The notes under the pieces were generated by a model that was given only the letters and a program-made list of their open reading frames with translations, was not told where the DNA came from and did no database searches. Positions 10,841 through 20,329 of a stretch of DNA of 64,000 bases are shown one piece after another. The translations under genes and the position numbers were made by a program. The stretch is from Candidatus Versatilivorator sp. (lineage in GTDB: Bacteria > Acidobacteriota > Terriglobia > Versatilivoradales > Versatilivoraceae): NCBI GenBank assembly GCA_965207735.1, contig OZ242296.1:3264001-3328000 (forward strand), in the 5' to 3' direction. The stretch's first letter is position 1. Every line of letters begins with the position of its first letter.

Positions 10841-11646
10841 AGCTCCAGCTTGTCGTTGAAGACCATTTTCTTGAGCTTGAACTTGCGCTTGATCTTGAAG
10901 GGGCCGACCTGGGTTCTCAACTCCACGTCCTTGTCCTCGAGAGCGATGGCTTCCTCCCGGGGGAAGAACATAAAGATTTCGACATACTGATCCCGCGGCA
11001 AGACCTCCACCGAAACGGCGGCAATGGGGTCCTTTTTCTTTCGGTGCAGGGCCGTCGCCTGCTTGATGCGTTCGGTGTTTCTTTGCAAGGAGCGCGCCAT
11101 TCTGCCGGGCAGACCGGTCAACAGGACCACGTACTGCTCGTCCTTCACGTTGAGGAGCTGCTTGTCCTTTCCCGACTCCTGGAAATCGCCCCGGTAGCGG
11201 GACCGAACGATCGCCTGCTTCACCGGCAGAGCGCTGGTCCAGCGGACGGTCACGTTGTAGGGAGGTGGACCCAGACCTCCGCCAACAGGAGGGGGCCGGC
11301 CCGCCAAGCCGGAACTGTTATACCCCGGGCCACCTCCGGCTGGGGCGGCCCCTGCGGGGATGGGGGTAGGATCGACAGCCAAGGCTTCGACACTGCCCCG
11401 AGGCTGGTCCGGATCACGCCGTTCCCCGGGATCCTGCGCCGGGCCGCCTTCAATGCCCCCGAAACCTCCCCGACTCATCCGCATGGGGTCGAGGGAGACG
11501 CTCTGGGCCCAGGGAGATTTGGTCAACATCTTGTGGGCTTCCTTGGGCTTCCACTGCTTGTATTCCCTTACTTTCCAGAAATCCGCAGCCCGGAGCCCGG
11601 CGCTGCCCAGGCAGAACAACAGAGCCAGAAGGGTGAACCCTTTCAC
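10837..11646 (-). CDS. Secreted hypothetical protein (tandem paralog 2)
   Basis: Signal peptide; W..KEYKQW and LTKSPWA motifs; Gly/Pro-rich insert; nearly identical C-terminus to 11693-12529. Confidence 0.8.
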   Translation of the reverse strand: MKGFTLLALLFCLGSAGLRAADFWKVREYKQWKPKEAHKMLTKSPWAQSVSLDPMRMSRGGFGGIEGGPAQDPGERRDPDQPRGSVEALAVDPTPIPAGAAPAGGGPGYNSSGLAGRPPPVGGGLGPPPYNVTVRWTSALPVKQAIVRSRYRGDFQESGKDKQLLNVKDEQYVVLLTGLPGRMARSLQRNTERIKQATALHRKKKDPIAAVSVEVLPRDQYVEIFMFFPREEAIALEDKDVELRTQVGPFKIKRKFKLKKMVFNDKLEL

Positions 11647-11692
11647 GAGACTGACCTCGCTTAGCGAAATGGTCTGAAGGATTGGGCGACTC

Positions 11693-12529
11693 TCAAAGCT
11701 CCAGCTTGTCGTTGAAGACCATTTTCTTGAGCTTGAACTTGCGCTTGATCTTGAAGGGGCCGACCTCGGTTCGCAGCTCTACGTCCTTGTCCTCGAGGGC
11801 GATGGCTTCCTCTCGGGGGAAGAACATAAAGATCTCGACGAACTGATCCCGCGGCAAGACTTCCACCGAAGCGGCGGCAATGGGATCCTTTTTCTTCCGG
11901 TGCAGGACCGTCATCTGCTTGATGCGATCGGTGTTTCTTTGCAGGCCACGGGCCATTCTGCTGGGCAGACCGCTCAACAGGACCACGTACTGCTCGTCCT
12001 TCATGTTGAGAAGCTGCTGGTCTTTTTCCGATTCCTCGAAGTCACCGCGGTAGCGGGCCCGAATGATGGCCTGCTTCACCGGAAGGGCGCTGGCCCAGCG
12101 GACGGTCACATTGATGGGAGGCGGACCCCGCCTCGCCGCGGGCCGCCGGCCTCCCAGATTGGGGCCGCCGCCACCGCCCGGGCCGCCGGACGGGGGGCCA
12201 AATCCGCCACCGGAACCGACGCTGCCGCTGGGAGGATTGGCGCCACTGCCGCCGAAGCCGCCTCCTCCTCCACCGCCCTGAGATTGCTCCGGATCGCCGC
12301 GCCGGGCCGACGGATCCTGCGTCGGCCCGCCTTCAACGTTCTCGAATCCCCCCCGTCTCATCCGCATGGGGTCGAGGGAGACATTCTGGGCCCAGGGAGA
12401 CTTGGTCAACATCTTGTGGACTTCCTTGGACTTCCACTGCTTGTATTCCTTTTTTTCCCAGAAATCGGCGGCCTGGAGCCCGGTGCTGCCCAAGAAGAAC
12501 AACAGGGCCAGAAGGATGGATTTTTTCAT
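11693..12529 (-). CDS. Secreted hypothetical protein (tandem paralog 1)
   Basis: MKKSILLALLFF signal peptide; RBS GAGG; paralog of 10837-11646. Confidence 0.8.
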   Translation of the reverse strand: MKKSILLALLFFLGSTGLQAADFWEKKEYKQWKSKEVHKMLTKSPWAQNVSLDPMRMRRGGFENVEGGPTQDPSARRGDPEQSQGGGGGGGFGGSGANPPSGSVGSGGGFGPPSGGPGGGGGPNLGGRRPAARRGPPPINVTVRWASALPVKQAIIRARYRGDFEESEKDQQLLNMKDEQYVVLLSGLPSRMARGLQRNTDRIKQMTVLHRKKKDPIAAASVEVLPRDQFVEIFMFFPREEAIALEDKDVELRTEVGPFKIKRKFKLKKMVFNDKLEL

Positions 12530-12895
12530 GAGACTGACCTCGATGGTTCGGCGCATCGAAAGGACGCGCCCTGAGACGAAATCCGGACTCCCTGCACTCC
12601 GAATCGGGCGACAGCGGTATCCGTACCAGATCCGTACCAGCCATCGGGCAAATTCGAATGGGATCCTTGCGTACGGCTATTTTAGCCCATCCGTAAGGGA
12701 TTCTTCAAAGTTATCTTCCGGCCGAAGCGGTGCTCCCTTGGAATCGGGAATCCGCTTCTGATAGGCTTTTCCAGAGGGCCGTCCCCAGGTCGCGTGGGCG
12801 GCCGAAAGGTTGCTCGACCGGTTGCGGCCGCCTGCAGAAACCACCGACGGCGACGAGAGCCGCCGCGGCTCGGATCCTGTCGAGGAGAACCCGCC

Positions 12896-13882
12896 ATGAG
12901 CCAACGACTGAACATCCTGCTACTTCCCCACCCGCTCCGGGAGTCGTTGTTCCACCCCTGGGGCGAGGACGTGATGGCGGCCATCGGCGATCGCCATCAG
13001 TTGAGAGTCTACGATCCGTCTCAAGACCTGGCCCGGCAGTTCGAGGGCGTGGAGGTGGTGATCGATCAGAGCGGTTCGGCCGGAACCCGGGAGATGGCCG
13101 ACCTGGCTGCCAGATCCTGCCGCTTGTGGCAGGTTCTGGGAACGGGCGTCGATGCCTTCGACCTGGATTACTGGAGATCGAAAGACATTCCGGTGGCCAA
13201 TACCCCCGGTCCCTTCAGCGGAGTGGCCCTGGCCGAATGCGCCATGATGTTCATCCTGATGCTGACCCGCAAGTATCCCGTGACCCAGACCACTATGGAG
13301 CAGGGCGACTTTTACGAACCGGTCGGTCTGGAGCTGGTGGGACTGAAACTGGGGATCATCGGTTTCGGCGCCAGCGGCAGCGAACTGGCAAGGCGGGCAC
13401 GCCCCTTCGGCCTCAAGATTCTGGCGGCCGACGTTCGCGAGATCACCCCAGAAGAAGTGCAACAGTTCGGCCTGGAGTTTGCCGGCAGGGCGGAAGACAT
13501 CGACCGAATCGTGGCCGAGGCCGACATCCTGTCGGTCCACCTGCCCCTTAACTCCGAGACCCGCCACATCATCGATGAGCGGCGGCTGGGCTTGATGAAG
13601 CCCTCGGCCTTTCTGATCAACGTGGCCCGAGGAGCCCTGGTGGATGAGCAGGCCCTGAGCCAAGCCCTGGTGGAGGGACGCATCGCGGGGGCGGGGTTGG
13701 ATGTGTTCGGAAAGGAACCGCCCGATCCGGAAGACCCTATTTTCAAGCTGCCGACGGTGGTGACCACGCCCCATATCGCCGGAGTGACCGACGGCACCTC
13801 CCGCAAGCGAGCCCGGGTGGCCGCCGACAACGCCGACCGGGTAGCGGCCGGCCTGCAGCCCCTCTACCGCGTAGACCTTTAA
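12896..13882 (+). CDS. D-isomer-specific 2-hydroxyacid dehydrogenase (SerA-like)
   Basis: GIIGFGASG Rossmann motif, HLPLNSETRHII, INVARG, AGLDVF..EP, TPHIAG; RBS GAGGAG. Confidence 0.93.
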   Translation: MSQRLNILLLPHPLRESLFHPWGEDVMAAIGDRHQLRVYDPSQDLARQFEGVEVVIDQSGSAGTREMADLAARSCRLWQVLGTGVDAFDLDYWRSKDIPVANTPGPFSGVALAECAMMFILMLTRKYPVTQTTMEQGDFYEPVGLELVGLKLGIIGFGASGSELARRARPFGLKILAADVREITPEEVQQFGLEFAGRAEDIDRIVAEADILSVHLPLNSETRHIIDERRLGLMKPSAFLINVARGALVDEQALSQALVEGRIAGAGLDVFGKEPPDPEDPIFKLPTVVTTPHIAGVTDGTSRKRARVAADNADRVAAGLQPLYRVDL

Positions 13883-14059
13883 ACAGTAATTAAATCAGTT
13901 CAGCCCCCGCCCTGGCAGGCGGATCATACGAGAGCGAAACAACGCATCTTCATGGCCTGTCGGGAACAAGGGCCAGGTCGTACTTAACCGGTTTTCTACT
14001 AATTGAACATGGATGCACAGGATAGACAGGATAAACAGCCAGCCGTTTTCGTTTTGGCA

Positions 14060-14231
14060 ATGAAGACGAACCCCCAATGAACACGAATGGGGACGAATAG
14101 GGATGGAGCTCGGTCAATGACGAGCGGCGCCCGGGTGCTTCTGCACTATTGTGAGGTTGGTGTCACGGCGTCATGGGAGAATGCCCCCCCCGGGAGCGCG
14201 GGCGTCCCGCCCGCGCTCCCGGGGGGGGGGC
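14060..14231. repeat. Dispersed REP-like repeat ending in a perfect GC hairpin; second copy inverted at about 44143-44298
   Basis: About 155 bp align with the reverse complement of 44143-44298; contains CCCGGGAGCGCGGGCGTCCCGCCCGC. Confidence 0.8.
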
Positions 14232-14310
14232 GCTTTCGTCACGATTGCCCTTCAAGGGAGAGTCGGCCCAAACGAACTGGCTGGATGGTCGCCTTAAATC
14301 CCGATTTGAC

Positions 14311-14391
14311 AATCCCTTAGTGGCCCTTCGTCGTTCTTCGTGCCCCTTCGTGGATAAGTCTTTTTCTTTTGTCTCTTGTCGTTTGTTTCAG
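14311..14391 (-). repeat. Dispersed CACGAAG-type repeat (empty allele of the IS1634 target)
   Basis: Reverse complement contains TTATCCACGAAGGGGCACGAAGAACGACGAAGGGCCACTAAG, nearly identical to 41326-41390. Confidence 0.8.
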
Positions 14392-15371
14392 GCAAGTCCC
14401 GCCCGCAAGCCAGCCGTAACCGCCCGGGCCGTGTCCACCACCCAGGGCCCGTCGGAGCTCAACCGGACCTCCAGCTCTTCCCCGATGCCGGCCAGCCGGT
14501 CCCGTTCTCCATCGAAAGCCAGGGTCACGGGCTCTCTCATCTCCAGCGGCTTTTTCTCTCCCAGCGCCAGACGCTGCACGGCGCTGATGGAGATTTCCCG
14601 AAACAGCCCCGGCCCCAGCGGCGCCGTTACCCGCCTGTCGCCCGGACCGAAGACCAGGTGGAGTCCCCTGGGGCTCTCCGCGGTCACCGTTTCCACGAAC
14701 CCGCCGATGGCCGACAGCCCGATGCTCCAGGGCTGGGCGCGGGTCAGGAATAGCTCCTTGAGGTTGTCCACCTCCCAAATGGCCCGGGCCCCGATGAAGG
14801 TCCTGGTGGTGACCGCCAGGTCGACCAGGGCCAGGTCCACCACTCCCGAGGGGTCGTGAAGCCAAAGCACCTTGGACCGGGTGCAGGCCGTATCCCGGTC
14901 GGTCCGGCCCGTTGCCAGCAATCCTGCGGCAAGTCCCGCGCTGGTGCCTTCCTGAAACTCGGAGAAGACGTTGTTGGTCCCGGTGGAGATAGGCAACAGG
15001 GGAACTTCGCTCCCGCTGCCTTTGAAGACTGCTCGATTGGTCCCGTCGCCTCCCAGGGTCACGATGCATTCGACCCCGGCCTCCACCATGGCCGCCGCCG
15101 CCCGGATGGAATCCTGGGGACCGCCGCTGACCGGGATCTCCAGCGGACACACCCGTAGCCGGGTCGAACCCATTTTCTGACAGGCCTTGGGGCAGATTCC
15201 GGCGGGCTCGGGCATGTAGAGCACCTGCTCCACCCCGGCTGCCTCCAGGCCGCGCAGCAAGCGGGCGGTCAAGGCCGATTTTTCCTGGTTGGAGACCACC
15301 CAGGCCTGGGCCACCAGGCGACGGATGTCTCTACCCGACGCCGGATTGGCCACGATCCCGACTTTGCTCAT
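14388..15371 (-). CDS. acoX: AcoX-like ATP-NAD kinase family protein
   Basis: VGIVANPASGRDIRRLVA, LGGDGTNR, ISTGTNNVF; position in aco cluster. Confidence 0.88.
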   Translation of the reverse strand: MSKVGIVANPASGRDIRRLVAQAWVVSNQEKSALTARLLRGLEAAGVEQVLYMPEPAGICPKACQKMGSTRLRVCPLEIPVSGGPQDSIRAAAAMVEAGVECIVTLGGDGTNRAVFKGSGSEVPLLPISTGTNNVFSEFQEGTSAGLAAGLLATGRTDRDTACTRSKVLWLHDPSGVVDLALVDLAVTTRTFIGARAIWEVDNLKELFLTRAQPWSIGLSAIGGFVETVTAESPRGLHLVFGPGDRRVTAPLGPGLFREISISAVQRLALGEKKPLEMREPVTLAFDGERDRLAGIGEELEVRLSSDGPWVVDTARAVTAGLRAGLA

Positions 15372-15410
15372 GTCAAATTGATGTTTTCCAAGGGAGCGTC
15401 GACCGTCCGG

Positions 15411-16472
15411 TCAGACGAATTCGGCCAGTAGCCGAGTGACCAGCGCGGGTTGCTCCACCGGAGCGGCGTGCCCGCAATCGGGCAGCTCGTGCAGTTGAGC
15501 TCCCTCAATGGCCTCGGCCAACTGGCGGGAAAGGTCCGGCGGCGTGAGGCTGTCTTCCGAACCCACCAGGACCTGGGTGGGGCAATTGAGACTGCCCAGG
15601 CGGGGGCGCAGGTCGGCTTTGGCCACCATGCGGGTGGCGGCCACGATGCTGGCGGCGTCGCTGGAAAGGATGCTGCGGCGGATGGCCTCCACCACCTTGG
15701 GATTGGCGTCCCGAAAGGCCGGTCTGAAGGTCACCTCGATAAGGGGGTCGGCAATGCCCTCCATGCCGCCGAAGGTGGCTGCCGACGCCAGTTCGAAGAG
15801 GGTGTTTCGAGTCTCCTGGGGGAAGGCGGCCGTGGTGGACAACAGCGAGAGGGACCGCACGCTCTCGGGCCGGGCGGCGGCCAGCTCGACGGCGATCATG
15901 GCCCCCAGGGAGTGGCCCACCAGGCTGGCTTGCTCAACCCCGACGGTTTCCAGCAGGGCGGCCAGGTCAGCGGTGTGTTTGCGGAGGGTGTGGGCGCCCG
16001 GTGTTTGCTCGGAACGGCCATGGCCGCGCAGGTCGTAGCTGATCAGGGTGCGGCCCTCCAAACCGGCTTGATCCAGGCCGGTCCATAGCTCCATGGAACT
16101 GCTCAGGCCGTGGATGAATACCACCGCCGGCCCTTCTCCTGATTTCTGCACGTTCAGGGCGATACCGTTGGCTTGCAGGATTTCGGCACTGGGACCCTCG
16201 GCCGAGCCCTGGGCCTGGGGCCTGACCACCGCTCCTTCGGCGGGTTCGATCCGACCCAGGACCGTCCCCACGTCCACCACCTCTCCCTCGGCCACCACCA
16301 TGCTGATGACCCCGTCCACGTCAGCCGTCATCTCCGCGGTAGCCTTGTCCGTCTCCACCTCCAGGACGACCTGCCCGGCCTCCACCGAGTCGCCGTCCTG
16401 AACCTGCCAGCGGGACAGCTTGCCTTCGCTCATTCCCATGCCCATCTTGGGCATGATGACGTCAATAGGCAT
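15411..16472 (-). CDS. acoC: AcoC-like protein: lipoyl domain fused to alpha/beta hydrolase
   Basis: Lipoyl motif VETDKA; GHSLG nucleophile; GH catalytic His; downstream of E1 alpha/beta genes. Confidence 0.8.
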   Translation of the reverse strand: MPIDVIMPKMGMGMSEGKLSRWQVQDGDSVEAGQVVLEVETDKATAEMTADVDGVISMVVAEGEVVDVGTVLGRIEPAEGAVVRPQAQGSAEGPSAEILQANGIALNVQKSGEGPAVVFIHGLSSSMELWTGLDQAGLEGRTLISYDLRGHGRSEQTPGAHTLRKHTADLAALLETVGVEQASLVGHSLGAMIAVELAAARPESVRSLSLLSTTAAFPQETRNTLFELASAATFGGMEGIADPLIEVTFRPAFRDANPKVVEAIRRSILSSDAASIVAATRMVAKADLRPRLGSLNCPTQVLVGSEDSLTPPDLSRQLAEAIEGAQLHELPDCGHAAPVEQPALVTRLLAEFV

Positions 16473-16512
16473 CGGACCTTTCCTCGTTCCTTGTCGATCG
16501 GCAGCCGCTCTC

Positions 16513-17550
16513 TCAAGACGCCTGGGCGCAGGTCTCTTTCACGGCAGCCACCACCTTTTCCGGATTGGGCAGGTAGGCGTCCTCCAGCACCGGGCTGAAG
16601 GGCACCGGGGAGTGAGGGGCCGTTACCATGCCCACCGGCGCCCGCAGCCAGTGAAACCCCCGGCTGGCCACCATGCCGGCGATGTGCGAGGCCAGCCCGC
16701 AAAGAGGATTGGCTTCGTCCACGATCACCAGGCGCCCGGTCTTTTTCACCGATGCCAGAATGGTCTCCTCGTCCAGCGGGGACACGGTGCGCAGATCGAT
16801 CACCTCGGCATCGATGCCCTCCTTGGCCAGCGTCTCGGCTGCCTTCAGGGCATGGACGGCGGTGAGGCTCACCCCCAGCAGGGTCACGTCGCTGCCCGGT
16901 CGGGCCACGGCTGCCTTGCCGATGGGCACGATGTGCTCTCCCGCGGGGACTTCTCCCTTCAAGGTATACATGGTGATGTGCTCGCAGAAGATGACCGGGT
17001 CGTCATCCCGGATGGAAGCCGTCAGCAGGCCCTTGGCGTCGGCGGCGTTGGAGGGGGCCACCACCTTCAGGCCGGGAATGTTGGCGAACATGGGATAGAG
17101 GGTCTGGGCGTGCTGGGCCGCGGCCCGGAAGCCGCCTCCGATCATGGTGCGAATGGTGACCGGAACCATGGCCTTGCCGCCGAACATGTAGCGCAGCTTG
17201 GAGCCCTGGTTGAGCAGGGAATCGAGGCAACTCCCCAGGAATCCGCAGAACATCAATTCGGCGATGGGACGCAGCCCGGTGGCCGCGGCGCCCACCGCGG
17301 CTCCGATGAAAGCAGCTTCGGAAATGGGGGTGTCCAGAACCCGCTCCCGGCCGAACTCGTGCACCAATCCCTTGGTGACACCCATGACGCCCCCCCAGGC
17401 CTCGTCATCTTCCAGGTGCTCCACCTGGGCTCCTCCGGCGATGTCTTCGCCCATGATGACGATCTTGGGATCGGCGCGCATCTCGAGCCGAATGGACTCG
17501 TTGAGGGCCTCGGCGATGGTAATGGTTCTGGCGGCGGTGGCTACAGCCAT
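16513..17550 (-). CDS. acoB: Acetoin dehydrogenase E1 beta subunit
   Basis: GEDIAGG...DDEAWGGVMGVTKGL, DTPISE, AAAQHAQ motifs. Confidence 0.88.
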   Translation of the reverse strand: MAVATAARTITIAEALNESIRLEMRADPKIVIMGEDIAGGAQVEHLEDDEAWGGVMGVTKGLVHEFGRERVLDTPISEAAFIGAAVGAAATGLRPIAELMFCGFLGSCLDSLLNQGSKLRYMFGGKAMVPVTIRTMIGGGFRAAAQHAQTLYPMFANIPGLKVVAPSNAADAKGLLTASIRDDDPVIFCEHITMYTLKGEVPAGEHIVPIGKAAVARPGSDVTLLGVSLTAVHALKAAETLAKEGIDAEVIDLRTVSPLDEETILASVKKTGRLVIVDEANPLCGLASHIAGMVASRGFHWLRAPVGMVTAPHSPVPFSPVLEDAYLPNPEKVVAAVKETCAQAS

Positions 17551-17591
17551 TTCAAAACCTCCTTGGTCGTACGGTGAATCTCATTCCTCAA

Positions 17592-18560
17592 CTAAGGGTA
17601 ACTGACGTAGACGTCGCTGGTGACTTCTTCCACCTGGGGCACGGGACTGGATTCGGCAAAGGCCAGCGCTTCTTCAACGGCCTGCTTGGCCTGCCGGTCG
17701 ATGGCATCCAGCTCCTCGGCCGTGAACCAGCCGTGCTGGGTAACCAGGGCTCGGAAATCCCGAATGGAGTCCTTGCCATGGGACCCGCTCTTGTAGAGAT
17801 CATCCTTGTAGGTCTGCTGGTCCCCCTCGAAGTGGCCGTGGTGGCGATAGGTCTTGCACTCCAGCAGGCTGGGGCCCTGTCCGGCCCGGGCCCGTTTCAC
17901 GGCTTCCACGGCGGCTTCATGCACGGCGAAGACGTCGGTGCCGTCGACCACGGCCCCCGGGATGCCGTAACTGGACGCCCGCTCGGCGATGTTCTCGATG
18001 GCGCAGTGATAGGTGGCCGGGGTGCTCTGGGCATAGCCGTTGTTCTCGGCCACGAAGATGACCGGAAGATTCCAGATGGCCGCCAGGTTGGCGCTTTCGT
18101 GGAAGGTTCCCTGCTCGCAGGCGCCGTCCCCGAAGAAGCAGGCACAGACGTCCCCGCTGCCGGTAACCACCGAGGTCAGGCCGGCGCCGCAGGCCAGTGG
18201 CGGCCCACCGCCCACGATCCCGTTGGCGCCCAACATGCCTTTCCCCACGTCGGCGATGTGCATGGACCCTCCCTTGCCCTTGCACAGACCGGTGGCTTTT
18301 CCATAGATCTCGGCCATCATCGAGTTCATATCGCAGCCCTTGGCGATGCAGTGCCCGTGCCCCCGGTGGGTGCTGGTAATGGTATCGCTGGCGCGCAAGG
18401 CGGTGCAGACACCGGTGGCGATGGCCTCCTCGCCCACGTAGAGGTGCACGAATCCGGGAATGTGGCCCTTGGCAAAGGCCTGCTTGACGGTTTCCTCGAA
18501 GTTTCGGATGGACACCATGGTCCGGTACATGGACCGGAGCTCGTCCTGACTGAGGCTCAT
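17592..18560 (-). CDS. acoA: Acetoin dehydrogenase E1 alpha subunit (TPP-dependent)
   Basis: IPGFVHLYVGEEA, STHRGHGHCIAKG, GDGA...ENN TPP motif, YRHHGHFEGD. Confidence 0.9.
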   Translation of the reverse strand: MSLSQDELRSMYRTMVSIRNFEETVKQAFAKGHIPGFVHLYVGEEAIATGVCTALRASDTITSTHRGHGHCIAKGCDMNSMMAEIYGKATGLCKGKGGSMHIADVGKGMLGANGIVGGGPPLACGAGLTSVVTGSGDVCACFFGDGACEQGTFHESANLAAIWNLPVIFVAENNGYAQSTPATYHCAIENIAERASSYGIPGAVVDGTDVFAVHEAAVEAVKRARAGQGPSLLECKTYRHHGHFEGDQQTYKDDLYKSGSHGKDSIRDFRALVTQHGWFTAEELDAIDRQAKQAVEEALAFAESSPVPQVEEVTSDVYVSYP

Positions 18561-18719
18561 AACCTGATTCCTCCCGTTTATGGATCAGACACTAATCAGG
18601 GACCGCTCCACAGGGCAGATAGCGGGTGCCGGCGGATCCCCATCGCAGAAAAGGTAGAGGGAAACCATACGCGACCGGCCCCGTGACTTCAACCCTTAAT
18701 TGCGGTCCATTGCCGGGGC

Positions 18720-20267
18720 TCAATCCCAGTCCACCGAGGGTGGGAGCTCAGACAGGAAAACGGTGGGCTGCAGGCCGGGAATGTCCGGGTCCAGCGGGAA
18801 AAAGGGACGCTTCATCCGCCGGTAGGGGAGATGGCGCACCGAGGCCGGCGTCGGCCCCGGAGTGTCCACCACCAGGGCCCCCTTGGAAATGCCGGCATAG
18901 GCGTAGTTGAAGTTCATGGGGTTCTTGACGCCGATGAACTTGGCCTGGAGCGGATCCAGGCCGGCGGCCTCGAATTGCTCGGTTTTCCATTCGTAGGTGG
19001 GCCTGGAGGTCACCAGCACCTGGAAGGCCCCAATCCGCAAAACGGCCGAAGGCCCCATGGAAGCCCGGGTGCCTCCGTAGATTCCTCCGGAATAGACGAA
19101 GGCGCCGTCCAGCAATCGCGCCACCTCGCCCTCTACCTGCAGGGGCTGTCCCCATCGCGGGTCCAGCTTGTAGCCCAGCGGCAACCGGAGTCTGCGTCCT
19201 GCCCCGGCCTGAAAACAGACGCCGGCCGCTTCCGGGTCCACCACCGTCAACAGGGTCGGCTCCTCCACACCGATCCGGATCAGTTCTGCGAGCAAGGCGA
19301 CACTGTCCCCGGCGGCGCCCCCTCCGGTGCAGTCCGCCGTATCGACGAGAAGTACGGGCCCCCCGGGAATGCGCCGCCCCCGATCCACCGCCTCGGCGAT
19401 CGTCGTCATTCCGCATTCGAATCGGTATCGGTTATCCCAGTACTCCTCGGCCAGCAGCCGGGCCAGGCGCCGGGCCAGCCTGGGGTCTTTGTCGCTGACG
19501 ACCAACCCGCCCGAACCCAGCCCCGGAAGGTCGTTGTAGGGGTGCACCCCGAACACCGAAACCGACAGGATTCCGGGATCCTGTTCCATCTCCCGGGCGC
19601 GGCGGGTCAGGTGCGCCATGGGAGCATCGCCGAAGGTCATGCCGTGGATGCCGCTGGTCAGCACGGGGACCTTGGCCATGGCGGCGACGGGCCTCTCCCG
19701 GCCTCGAAGCAGGCGGAACAGCAATTGAGCGGCCCGCTCCCCGGTGGTGAAGGCGTCGTCGTGGGGATAGTGGGTGAAGGCTACCAGCCCGGAGGCCTGG
19801 CGGACCATGCGCGGGGTGACATGGGCATGCATGTCCAGGGTGGCGACGACAGGGACTCTGTGGCCGACAATCTTGCGGACGGCTTGCAGCAGGTCGCCTT
19901 CCGGGTCGTCCTCGGAAACCGTGGTCATCGACCCATGTAGCGCCAGCAGCACGCCGTCCACCGGAGCGGCTTCCCGCAGGGGAGAGAGGAGAGACTGCTT
20001 CAGGGTCCGGTAGCAATGGTCGCTGCTGGGTCCGCCGGAAACGCAGCGAGCGGCCAGCAGCGGAACCGCCCGAGCCCCCTCGGCCTCGCAGACCGCCAGC
20101 ATGCCCGCGTTCTCACAGTCGGTCCCGGTCAGTTGAAGCAGGTCGTCACCGTGGTGGACATAGGTGTTCTTCCAGAGATCCAGTTCGGTTCGGGTAGTCA
20201 GGAACTGACTGGTCTCCTGAAAAATACCGCCGATTGCGATGCGAAGGCTCGAAGTGCGCGACACCAC
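18720..20267 (-). CDS. M81-family metallopeptidase (MlrC-like)
   Basis: QETS, LALHGSM, DPEGDLL, LDMHAH, YPH.D motifs. Confidence 0.88.
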   Translation of the reverse strand: MVSRTSSLRIAIGGIFQETSQFLTTRTELDLWKNTYVHHGDDLLQLTGTDCENAGMLAVCEAEGARAVPLLAARCVSGGPSSDHCYRTLKQSLLSPLREAAPVDGVLLALHGSMTTVSEDDPEGDLLQAVRKIVGHRVPVVATLDMHAHVTPRMVRQASGLVAFTHYPHDDAFTTGERAAQLLFRLLRGRERPVAAMAKVPVLTSGIHGMTFGDAPMAHLTRRAREMEQDPGILSVSVFGVHPYNDLPGLGSGGLVVSDKDPRLARRLARLLAEEYWDNRYRFECGMTTIAEAVDRGRRIPGGPVLLVDTADCTGGGAAGDSVALLAELIRIGVEEPTLLTVVDPEAAGVCFQAGAGRRLRLPLGYKLDPRWGQPLQVEGEVARLLDGAFVYSGGIYGGTRASMGPSAVLRIGAFQVLVTSRPTYEWKTEQFEAAGLDPLQAKFIGVKNPMNFNYAYAGISKGALVVDTPGPTPASVRHLPYRRMKRPFFPLDPDIPGLQPTVFLSELPPSVDWD

Positions 20268-20329
20268 TCAACCTCCGTGAAGATCCGCCCCCGGGGCAAA
20301 AGGTTTCGCCGAAGCACCGCCAGCAGGAC

